NCBI GenBank assembly: GCA_047947115.1
Contig: CP170459.1
Span: forward strand, 5,984,001-6,048,000
From: Verrucomicrobiota bacterium
Lineage (GTDB): Bacteria > Verrucomicrobiota > Verrucomicrobiia > Limisphaerales > AAA164-E04
DNA length: 64,000 nt
Direction: 5' to 3'
Shown: one piece after another, positions 56,078 to 64,000 of the stretch
Numbering within the stretch: position 1 is the first letter of the stretch
How the letters are laid out: every line of letters starts with the position of its first letter
The notes under the pieces: generated by a model
Told to the model about the DNA's origin: nothing
The model's input: only the letters and a program-made list of their open reading frames with translations
The model's database searches: none
Program-made: the position numbers and the translations under genes

Positions 56078-57362
56078 ATGCATTCGATGAAGATCTCATT
56101 TCTGGCAATGGTGTGGGCTTCGGGAGCCCTTGTCTCATCGTCAGCCCAGCAAACCCAATCCAAAATCGAACCCCTCATCGATTCCATCACCAAACACACG
56201 CTTCGATCAAACCGGAAAGGAGATGCGATCACCTGGTTCCACCCCCGGGCGTGTCGGTTACCGAAAACAGCAAGTCACCCTGAAAGGATTTTAATGACAC
56301 TGCAGGAAATCGGGGGGCAGCGATTATTTTGGTCCGGTCCAGTGGAGTGAATCAAGTGACGAAGGGACATCCTGGACGGATCCAAAGATCATACCGGCTC
56401 TGGACCGAAAGCCCGTTGCATCACACTCCGGACTCATGGCAGGTGTCTGCGATGTTGTCCCTGAGCATCACCCACAAACCGACACTGTCCTCGCCCTCGG
56501 CCATGTAGTGTTCTATAGGGGACCCAAGTTTTCATCCAACGATCAACTGTCACGTTACCCGGTTTATTCAGTTCGATCTGCTGACGGGGACTGGTCGGAA
56601 CGACGGGTTCTTGAATGGAATGATCCGCGCGGAGCGTTCATCTACACCAACAACTGCGGTCAACGCATCGTGCTACCGGATGGGGACATTCTCCTCGCAT
56701 TGAGCTTTGGGGCAAAGTCCGCAGCCCGATCTGTTGCCACGGCACGTTGTTCATTCGATGGTGAAACTCTTAAAATTCTTGAAGTGGGACCATCCATTGA
56801 CCATGCGCATGGACGAGGTTTACTGGAACCTTCTCTCACTCAATTCCAAGGAAAATTCTATCTCACCATTCGTGCGGAAGATGGTCGTGGGTATATGAGC
56901 GTCAGCGAGGATGGTTTACACTGGAGTCCCAAAGAGCATTGGGCGTGGGATGACGGCGAAGCCCTGGAAATGTCCACCACACAACAACACTGGCTCACTC
57001 ACTCGGATGGTTTGTTTCTCGTTTACACTCGCAAGGATGCATCCAATGAAAATGTCATCCGATGGCGATCCCCCCTGTGGCTGGCAAGATTCGATCCAAC
57101 GACCCGGAAACTTATCCGGTCCAGCGAACGTGTTGCCTTGCCTTTGGTCGGGGACGGCGTCCTGGAACCGGATCAGGTGGCGTTGATGGGCAACTTCCAC
57201 CTCACCAACATTTCCCCGTTGAGTTCGATATTGACCGTTGGGGAATGGATCCCAAGGGATGGGGCTCGAGGTGATCTGCTCATGGCCAAAATCAACTGGC
57301 TCAAAGAAAACTCAACGGTCACTCCATCCAGTCACAACATCCCTATAAACCCTGATAAATGA
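56078..57362 (+). pseudogene. Sialidase-fold (BNR/Asp-box) protein, frameshifted in a G6 tract
   Basis: Removing one G at 56312-56317 joins ORFs 56078-56350 and 56436-57362 through GGSDYFGPVQWSESSDEGTSW; further Asp-boxes SADGDW and SEDGLHW. Confidence 0.8.
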
Positions 57363-58551
57363 TCTCCAGGGTCAGGAGGACATAACTGGTGACCAAAGCC
57401 GGGTCGCCCTCCCACCAACGTCCGTTGTCATTTTTCCAAGAGCCATCGCCCTGCTGCAGATCCAATAGTTTGAGGGCAAGTTCGTGACGCCAGTCATGCT
57501 TGCCGGATGCCACATCGCCAATCTGATTGACCCGGGCAAGCGTCAGTGCTTTGGTCATGGTATGATAATAAAAGTACAATCCCTGGGCGCCCATCCCCGG
57601 GTTCTCTTCCAAAGTGAAATGTCGATTCAACCAATCCAGAACGGCCTCCACACGTTTGTCGGACCGATCCAGATCGGCATAAATATAACTCAACATACCC
57701 GCATAGCTGATACTTCCGTAGGATCGCAAAGCAACCACACCATTCTCCTCGGGATGCTCACCAGATTTACTGTTACCGGGAAAACATACAAATCCCCCCC
57801 GATCTTCCGGTTTCCTGGATACCCATTCGCCCTTGTTGTGCTCAGGCAATTGTTGGCATTGTTCAAGGAAATGAAGTGCAGCCTCCCAATTCAATGTATC
57901 CGTCGATTCATTCGCGTCCTCCGCAAGATGCCGTGAAAAATAAAGTGCCTCCAATGCGTGCATCGTGTTGGAAAGATCGGAATGCGTGTAAGAAGTCCCG
58001 TAGCCAATTCCACCGTCCAAAGGGTCATCAATGGCTCCCTCTTCCCCCAGATCCTGCTGACCACGGATCACAAATTGTCGAGCCCTGCGAAGGATCCCTT
58101 CATGATCCGGATGCGACCGCATCAAAAAAGCCATCATGGAAACCGAAGTATGGTAATTCTGAAGCATCTCGATACGGTAAATGCCGCCGTCAGGCTGGGC
58201 ACAGGACCGTAGGTAATCATATCCCTTGGCCACAACCGGCTCCTTCTTCTCGGCATGGTTCTCCACCGGATCACGCTGCAGTGCGACCAAAGCCAAACCG
58301 GTCACGGCAGGATGATCGGCATCCGACCAATGGCCGGCCTCAGATTGATGCTGCATGAGCCATTGATTTCCCCGGTCAATGGCCCGCGCCACTTCCATTC
58401 GCAGCGAAAGGTCGATGGGTTTTCCGCTGGCGGAAAAAGGTAAATCCTGCCCAAAGACAGTTCTCATGCCCCCCCCGGCAATTATCAGGACAAGACAAAT
58501 GACCCACCTATAAAATGTGTATTGCGATTTCATGTGATTGAATGGTTCCAA
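57343..58551 (-). CDS. Prenyltransferase/squalene-oxidase repeat protein (single alpha/alpha barrel), with signal peptide
   Basis: QW-type repeats WLMQHQSEAGHW, LRSCAQPDGG and LLDLQQGDGSW; start may be 58533. Confidence 0.8.
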   Translation of the reverse strand: MEPFNHMKSQYTFYRWVICLVLIIAGGGMRTVFGQDLPFSASGKPIDLSLRMEVARAIDRGNQWLMQHQSEAGHWSDADHPAVTGLALVALQRDPVENHAEKKEPVVAKGYDYLRSCAQPDGGIYRIEMLQNYHTSVSMMAFLMRSHPDHEGILRRARQFVIRGQQDLGEEGAIDDPLDGGIGYGTSYTHSDLSNTMHALEALYFSRHLAEDANESTDTLNWEAALHFLEQCQQLPEHNKGEWVSRKPEDRGGFVCFPGNSKSGEHPEENGVVALRSYGSISYAGMLSYIYADLDRSDKRVEAVLDWLNRHFTLEENPGMGAQGLYFYYHTMTKALTLARVNQIGDVASGKHDWRHELALKLLDLQQGDGSWKNDNGRWWEGDPALVTSYVLLTLEIIYQGL

Positions 58552-58747
58552 TGATCAGGGATGTAAAATGACCCTGTTGAGATTGGGCGATCCCATGACT
58601 TCCACCACCTGATGGACATCTCTTAACACTGCCGCAAGAAGCATGGCTAAGGATCATGAAGCCAAGAATCATTTCGAACAATGTTTTTCCAATGCCTTGA
58701 TCGACATCCCAACCATTCACGCAAAGATTCATAGGCAAGGCACAAAC

Positions 58748-58788
58748 TTTGGACTGCGGGGATCACGGCACCGCTCTGGATACGATCC
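58748..58788 (+). repeat. TGGA(C/G/A)TGCGG...CACCGCTCTGGATAC REP-like element
   Basis: Related copies at 59085-59108 (partial), 63081-63113 (+) and 63226-63264 (-). Confidence 0.65.
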
Positions 58789-58868
58789 GACATATCAAGG
58801 AGCATTCGAAACACCAATTTACCCAATATCTTTCCTACCCCATTCTCTGTCACATGTTCCTTTGCGCC

Positions 58869-59056
58869 TTCGCGCCTTGGCGTCTTTGCGATAAAATGAC
58901 GGCGCCCAACGAAAACCTTGTAACCACTTAAAGATTCGATTCCATTTTCATTCAACGTGACCAATCACTTTACTGAATTTAATGGTCAATATTGAATCTG
59001 CACCCTTCAACCCTTTTTCTCGCAAAGGCGCCAAGACCGCCAAGGACGCAAAGTTT
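58869..59056 (+). repeat. ~190-bp dispersed MITE-like element, copy 1
   Basis: About 90% identical by eye to 62243-62446; imperfect inverted arms. Confidence 0.85.
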
Positions 59057-59255
59057 ACTATGGCACTCTCATCGCAGTCACCTCTTTGGACTGCGGGGAT
59101 CACGGCACTCCAGAGGGCCTCAACCTGAAACCCATATTTTGAGACCATATGAGATGCTGGCCTCAAATTCCTCATGAAAAATGCTTTGCATTGTTTCCGG
59201 AAATTCCATAATGACCCTTCGCTCTTAACAAAAGCGACTGAGAAAGAAATCGAAT

Positions 59256-60356
59256 ATGGCAGCATTGCAAATCAAACCAGCAGAATCATGCAAATACGAC
59301 CTGGTTTCCCTGGGGGAAATCATGCTTCGACTCGATCCGGGTGAAGGACGCGTGCGCACCGCCCGTCAATTTACCGTCTGGGAAGGCGGCGGCGAATACA
59401 ACGTGGCGCGCGGCCTCCGCCGTTGCTTCGGTCTGCGCACCGGCGTGGTCACCGCTTTCGCCGATAACGAAGTTGGCCGACTCCTCGAAGATTTCATCCT
59501 TCAAGGCGGTGTGGACACCTCCTGGATCCAATGGGCTCCCTATGACGGCATCGGGCGCACCGTCCGCAACGGCCTGAACTTTACCGAGCGCGGATTCGGT
59601 ATCCGTGGGGCCGTGGGCGTTCCTGACCGTGGCCTGACCGCCGCATCCCAAATGAAAGCCGGCGACATCGACTGGGAGGAATTGTTCGGCAAACAAGGCG
59701 TGCGCTGGTTCCACACCGGCGGCATCTTCGCCGCTCTTTCAGAATCCAGTGCAGGCGTCGTGGAAGAAGCGGTCAAGGCAGCTCAAAAGCACGGAACCAT
59801 CGTTTCCTACGACTTGAACTACCGCCCCTCACTCTGGAAAGCCATCGGCGGCCATGCCAAGGCCCAGGAAGTCAACCGCAACATCGCAAAATACGTGGAT
59901 GTGATGATCGGCAACGAAGAAGACTTCACGGCCTGCCTCGGCTTTGAAGTGGAAGGCGTGGATGAAAACATCTCCGCCATCGAGATCGACAGCTTCAAAA
60001 ACATGATCGAACGGGCGGTCAAGGACTTCCCTAATTTCAAAGTCACCGCCACCACCTTGCGCGCGGTCAAAACCGCAACCGTGAATGACTGGAGCGCCAT
60101 TTGCTGGGCGGATGGACAGTTCCACGAATCCCGCAAATACCCTGAACTGGAAATCCTGGACCGCGTTGGCGGCGGCGACAGCTTCGCCTCGGGCCTGATC
60201 TACGGTTTCCTGGCCACCGGCGACGCAGCACAGGCAGTCGACTACGGCGCGGCCCACGGAGCTCTGGCCATGACCACCCCTGGAGACACTTCCATGGCAA
60301 CACTCAAGGAAGTTGAAAAAATCATGGGCGGCGGCGGAGCACGTGTGGTGCGATAA
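59256..60356 (+). CDS. kdgK: 2-keto-3-deoxygluconate kinase (PfkB family)
   Basis: LGEIMLRL, GGGEYNVA, FHTGGI, YDLNYRPSLW, DRVGGGDSFASG. Confidence 0.88.
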   Translation: MAALQIKPAESCKYDLVSLGEIMLRLDPGEGRVRTARQFTVWEGGGEYNVARGLRRCFGLRTGVVTAFADNEVGRLLEDFILQGGVDTSWIQWAPYDGIGRTVRNGLNFTERGFGIRGAVGVPDRGLTAASQMKAGDIDWEELFGKQGVRWFHTGGIFAALSESSAGVVEEAVKAAQKHGTIVSYDLNYRPSLWKAIGGHAKAQEVNRNIAKYVDVMIGNEEDFTACLGFEVEGVDENISAIEIDSFKNMIERAVKDFPNFKVTATTLRAVKTATVNDWSAICWADGQFHESRKYPELEILDRVGGGDSFASGLIYGFLATGDAAQAVDYGAAHGALAMTTPGDTSMATLKEVEKIMGGGGARVVR

Positions 60357-60474
60357 ACCCTTACGTCTTTGAAAAGCATTGAACGCCGATCGAGGATCCG
60401 TTCTTCGGTCGGCGTTTGGCATTTTTCAAATCGTTTGACATACAATCGTCACATTTACCTGCTAAGCTCTTTTC

Positions 60475-61293
60475 ATGAAAATTGATTGTCACATGCACAC
60501 CCCCCTCTGCGGTCACGCCGTTGGGGACCCAGTGGAATACGTCCGGTCCGGCGCGGAACAAGGTCTGCAGCTCATGACCTTTACATGCCACGTCCCCATG
60601 TCCAAAGAATCCTTTGGCGGGCCACGCATCCGCATGCATGTCGACCAATTGAAAGATTATTACGAAGCGGTCAACAAAGCCCGTCAACTGGGCGAATCCC
60701 TGGGAATCGAAGTCTTATGCGGTATCGAAGGCGAAGTGTTTCCGGTCACTTCGGAATTAACCGAGATGAAGGAGTTGATCCTCAGCCAACCCTTCGACTT
60801 CGTGCTCGGATCCCTGCATCACCAATTGAGAGTCTATAAGGAATGGCTGATCGACCAGAAACTCGAAACCGATGAAGCCATCGTGCGGGACTACTTCCGT
60901 CACCTCGCCGATGCCGCACGCTCCGGATTTTACCACAGCATGTCGCATCCGGATGTGATCCGCATCTACGGCACCATTGATTCCGATTCTTTCATCCCCG
61001 AAAACTTTGAACCGGAAATCCGCGCCTTCCTGAAAGCCTGCGCCGAAGAAGGCACCTGCATGGAAGTCAACACCAGCGGCCTGTCCAAGGGCGTCTACGA
61101 AGTGCACCCCGATCCGCTCATTCTCGACTGGGCCAAGGAAGAAGGCGTCAAACTCACCATAGGTTCCGACGCTCACCACCCCGACCGAGTCGCCCAACAC
61201 TTCGACAAAGTCCTCCCCCTACTGAAGTCAAAAGGCTTCGACCAACTCCACTACTTCCGAGCAGGCGAAGAACAGAGCATCCCGTTAGTTTGA
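60475..61293 (+). CDS. PHP-family histidinol-phosphatase (HisJ/HisK-like)
   Basis: DCHMHTPLCGHA, GIE, DFVLGSLH, HPD, EVNTSG, GSDAH. Confidence 0.85.
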   Translation: MKIDCHMHTPLCGHAVGDPVEYVRSGAEQGLQLMTFTCHVPMSKESFGGPRIRMHVDQLKDYYEAVNKARQLGESLGIEVLCGIEGEVFPVTSELTEMKELILSQPFDFVLGSLHHQLRVYKEWLIDQKLETDEAIVRDYFRHLADAARSGFYHSMSHPDVIRIYGTIDSDSFIPENFEPEIRAFLKACAEEGTCMEVNTSGLSKGVYEVHPDPLILDWAKEEGVKLTIGSDAHHPDRVAQHFDKVLPLLKSKGFDQLHYFRAGEEQSIPLV

Positions 61294-61469
61294 ATGGTGA
61301 ATTTAAAATAGTGAATAGTAAATTTTTGGTGAGGGGTGACGAAACACACCATAGGTAGATCGGGTCGTCTCGACGCGCCCCTTATGACTCACCCCTTCAT
61401 ATCATCCTCCAATGGAGAACCCATGGACTTTCCCACAAATAATAATTCACTATTCACTATTTACTATTC
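61293..61469. repeat. Inverted heptamer arrays (AATAGTG-like) enclosing a GTAG-type REP
   Basis: AATGGTG AATTTAA AATAGTG AATAGTA at 61293; ATTCACTATTCACTATTTACTATTC at 61445; GGTAGATCGGGTCGTCTCGACGCGCCC near 61353. Confidence 0.6.
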
Positions 61470-61470
61470 T

Positions 61471-62226
61471 TCATTTCAAAAGCACCTGCTTTAAATACTC
61501 CCACTCTTCCTCAATATTGCAGGACTGGGTGATGGTCTGCGTAATTTCGTTCCGAACCTGTTGACGAAATTTTTTGCGCAGTCGATGGATGGCTACTTTG
61601 GTGGCATTCGCCGTTAAACCCAAAGCTGCGGCCGTTTCGGTCTGGGCAGTCTCACCCTGCTCTCCTGTCAACCAGGGCTTCAAAATTTCAAAAGGTTTTC
61701 CACCCCCTCGAGCCTCTTCATCTGTCTGCAATGCTCTCAAGGCCCGATCCAGCAAAGTAAAGGCCCACTCACGATCAAAAACCTCGTCGGTCATATCGGA
61801 TTTCGGATCGGATAGTCCCAATGATTTGCCTTCGTCGTCCGAATCATCCATGTCCATAGAAACCATCGTCACATCCCCTCCCCGTTTCTGTCTTGAAAGC
61901 GATTTGCGCTGATCAGCCAAAAAATGATTCACCGCCCCCAACAAATACGATCGAAAACGCCCCTTCTCCCGATCCGCCTGATGCATACTCTGGCGCTTCA
62001 AAAAATCCGCAAAAAACTCCTGGGTCCAATCCTTGGCCAAAGCCACATCCCGTACCCGCACTCGAATATAACTCTCCACCGGACGATAATAAGCCTCACA
62101 CAACTCCTCCAACGCCTGCCGCGACTCAACCGAACTCCCCCGCGCCAAAGCAATCCGAGTCCACCGCGTCGTATGAAACGACCGATTCGAATCGGACTGA
62201 CTATCTGGTGAATCACCCATCATCAA
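61471..62226 (-). CDS. ECF sigma-70 factor (Verrucomicrobia/Planctomycete kinase-associated type)
   Basis: FHTTRWT, ALEELCEAYY.P, KGRFRSYL, FDREWA, KVAIHRLRKKF. Confidence 0.87.
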   Translation of the reverse strand: MMMGDSPDSQSDSNRSFHTTRWTRIALARGSSVESRQALEELCEAYYRPVESYIRVRVRDVALAKDWTQEFFADFLKRQSMHQADREKGRFRSYLLGAVNHFLADQRKSLSRQKRGGDVTMVSMDMDDSDDEGKSLGLSDPKSDMTDEVFDREWAFTLLDRALRALQTDEEARGGGKPFEILKPWLTGEQGETAQTETAAALGLTANATKVAIHRLRKKFRQQVRNEITQTITQSCNIEEEWEYLKQVLLK

Positions 62227-62242
62227 AAACTAAACATTAATC

Positions 62243-62446
62243 TTCGCGCCTTGGCGTCTTGGCGTCTTGGCGTCTTGGCGATAAAATGACGGTACCCAAC
62301 GAAAACCTTGTAGCCACTAAAAGGTTCAATTCTACTTTCAATCAACGTGACCAATCGCTTTACTGAATTTAATGGTCGACGTTGAATCTGCACCCCTCAA
62401 CCCTTTTTCTCGCAAAGGCGCCAGGACCGCCAAGGACGCAAAGTTT
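62243..62446 (+). repeat. ~200-bp dispersed MITE-like element, copy 2
   Basis: Same core as 58869-59056; left arm expanded by tandem CTTGGCGT octamers. Confidence 0.85.
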
Positions 62447-62450
62447 TTTT

Positions 62451-63062
62451 TTAGAGAACTTTTCTCACCCATGCCAGCACGCGTCGAACGAGCCACATGT
62501 CTACTGCGATGATCGCAATAATGCTCATTGATATACCGGCATTTACCCATACTCCATGATTGAATGGCAACAGCACCAGTGCTCCCACTGCAGCGTCGAC
62601 AACCAATAGCGTCAAAGGCATAGCTGCCAGCATTCCGGGGAGAATGTAGTCACGTCCAATGGTGCCTCTCCGAATTCGGTTCAGTATTCGCCAGCCGTAT
62701 AGGCTCGTGACGACAAGTGTCATGGGCACAAGTGTTGTCAGCATCATTACCCAGGGAATCGGTGTTTCGATATAATGGGTGTCATGAGATTGTGTCCTCG
62801 AGTCGAGAACCCTTTCTTCGGCTTTCGATATCAAGTCCTGTTGTTGTTGTAATTCTGAAGCACTCTTTTGCTGTTCAAGTTCGATTCTGGATTTCTCTAC
62901 CGGATCATTGATTGATTTCAAAACCTCGGCCCTGTGTTCCATTTCCGACTGCAACTGTTTCATTTCCACGCGCATCATGGCGATCTGTTGAGTCGCCTTC
63001 GTCTGCATCAGTTGCTGTTTAGCTTCGAAGCGATGTGCGTTGGCTTCAGATGCACGCATCAT
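62451..63062 (-). CDS. Hypothetical protein: coiled coil plus three TM helices
   Basis: Q/E/K-rich heptad N-terminus, three hydrophobic segments; AAGGA upstream of the ATG. Confidence 0.6.
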   Translation of the reverse strand: MMRASEANAHRFEAKQQLMQTKATQQIAMMRVEMKQLQSEMEHRAEVLKSINDPVEKSRIELEQQKSASELQQQQDLISKAEERVLDSRTQSHDTHYIETPIPWVMMLTTLVPMTLVVTSLYGWRILNRIRRGTIGRDYILPGMLAAMPLTLLVVDAAVGALVLLPFNHGVWVNAGISMSIIAIIAVDMWLVRRVLAWVRKVL

Positions 63063-63080
63063 CCAAAATCCTTACGCTAT

Positions 63081-63330
63081 CTGGAATGCGGCGTGCAGCA
63101 CCGCTCTGGATACCTCACGGTAACGGGTAGGCTCCACTCATATCCGAATTCCTTCAAACCTCCCCAGCGTATCCCATTTGATTACCCGATGACCACTTAT
63201 GACCTGGAATAATCTTATCGTATACGGATCGTATCCAGAGCGGTGCTGCACACCGCACTCCAGAGTAACTACAGCAATAAAAGCACCACAAAATTCTTTG
63301 CGCCCTTGGCGGTCTTCGCGCCTTAGCGAG
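63081..63330. repeat. Inverted pair of TGGAGTGCGG-type REP-like elements plus a solo CTTGGCG arm
   Basis: 63081-63113 (+), 63226-63264 (-); CTTTGCGCCCTTGGCGGTCTTCGCGCCTTAGCGAG at 63296-63330. Confidence 0.65.
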
Positions 63331-63395
63331 CAACCTATCGACAGGCCACATTTCCCACCAATACACCCAAAGGTCCTCTAAAACCCTCATTTTTT

Positions 63396-64000
63396 TCAGG
63401 CAAGTATTCTGCGCAAAACATGCCCCCCCACGTTTGTCAGCCGGAAATCACGTCCTGCGTAACGATAGGTCAGTTGCTCATGGTCCATCCCCATCAGGTG
63501 CAGGATAGTCGCGTGAAAATCATTCACATGCACTCTGTCCTTGACGGCTCGAAACCCAAAATCATCCGTCTCTCCGTATGTCACCCCCCCCTTGACGCCG
63601 CCCCCCGCCAACCAGGTGGTGAATCCATAGTGATTATGATCGCGACCCGAGCCGTTCTCGGACGTCGGGGTGCGACCAAATTCGCCACCCCAAATCACCA
63701 GTGTATCCTCCAGCAAACCGCGTTGTTTCAAATCCGTCAGCAACGCGGTCATGGGTTGGTCAATATCACGACACAAATCTTTGGTGTGTTTGTCGTGGTT
63801 CTGATGTGTATCCCACGGTTGACCATCCCCATAGTAAACCTGAACAAACCGCGTGCCCCGCTCCACCAAACGACGTGCCAGCAAACAGCCGTTTGCAAAA
63901 TGTCCTTTGCCATACTGTTCACGAATGGATTCCGGCTCGCGCTCCAAATTGAACGCCTCACTCGCTTCCGTCTGCATGCGGAAGGCGGTTTCCATGGATC
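63396..64000 (-). CDS. DUF1501 domain-containing protein (5' end outside the window)
   Basis: CLLARRLVERG.RFVQ, WDTH, DLKQRGLLEDTLVIWGGEFGRTP, GRDHN, GRDFRLT. Confidence 0.92.
   Translation of the reverse strand, partial: SMETAFRMQTEASEAFNLEREPESIREQYGKGHFANGCLLARRLVERGTRFVQVYYGDGQPWDTHQNHDKHTKDLCRDIDQPMTALLTDLKQRGLLEDTLVIWGGEFGRTPTSENGSGRDHNHYGFTTWLAGGGVKGGVTYGETDDFGFRAVKDRVHVNDFHATILHLMGMDHEQLTYRYAGRDFRLTNVGGHVLRRILA

Noticed and set aside
59194..59203. TTTCCGGAAA palindrome upstream of kdgK as an operator
   Set aside because: Only 10 bp, no second copy noticed and no regulator nearby; could be chance.
58643..59265. Short ORFs across the repeat region (also 62338-62550, 63154-63390, 55810-56283)
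   Set aside because: They are translations of repeat elements; LASLAVLAPLRE recurs because the DNA repeats.
58869..62446. Composite transposon carrying kdgK, PHP phosphatase and ECF
   Set aside because: No transposase, no evident target-site duplication, and the cargo looks like native genes.
49554..63330. Possible CRISPR array among the intergenic repeats
   Set aside because: No constant repeats with unique regular spacers and no cas genes.

Overview
A 64-kb chromosomal segment from a Verrucomicrobiota bacterium. The 16S gene carries the EUB338-III site GCTGCCACCCGTAGGTGT at 11713-11730, and the gene content is PVC-typical (H-X9-DG prepilin-like protein, DUF1501, sulfatases, kinase-linked ECF sigma factors). 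It holds a complete minus-strand rRNA operon (16S-tRNA-Ala-tRNA-Ile-23S-5S), housekeeping genes (rnd, rlmI, PGM/PMM, acyl-CoA ligase, kdgK, an isolated nuoA), secreted hydrolases and a VapBC-type toxin-antitoxin pair. The strongest candidate for an undescribed system is an 8-gene redox locus at 12743-23508. It pairs a HydBC/Bfu-type NuoE-NuoF fusion with an Nfn/Stn-like flavo-FeS subunit that has lost its NAD(P)H-binding domain and has no catalytic H-cluster or molybdopterin domain. These are co-encoded with a polytopic 4Fe-4S membrane protein, a polyferredoxin, two membrane-anchored PQQ-like beta-propellers and two divergent Cys-rich twin-arginine proteins. Other points of interest: repeated leaderless-type promoters, an ECF/kinase locus with an N-truncated subtilase, a sialidase-fold gene broken in a G6 tract, and several families of REP/MITE-like intergenic repeats at 49.5-63.4 kb with no transposase in view. 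No CRISPR array or intact IS was seen. All assignments come from motif recognition by eye; no database searches were run.
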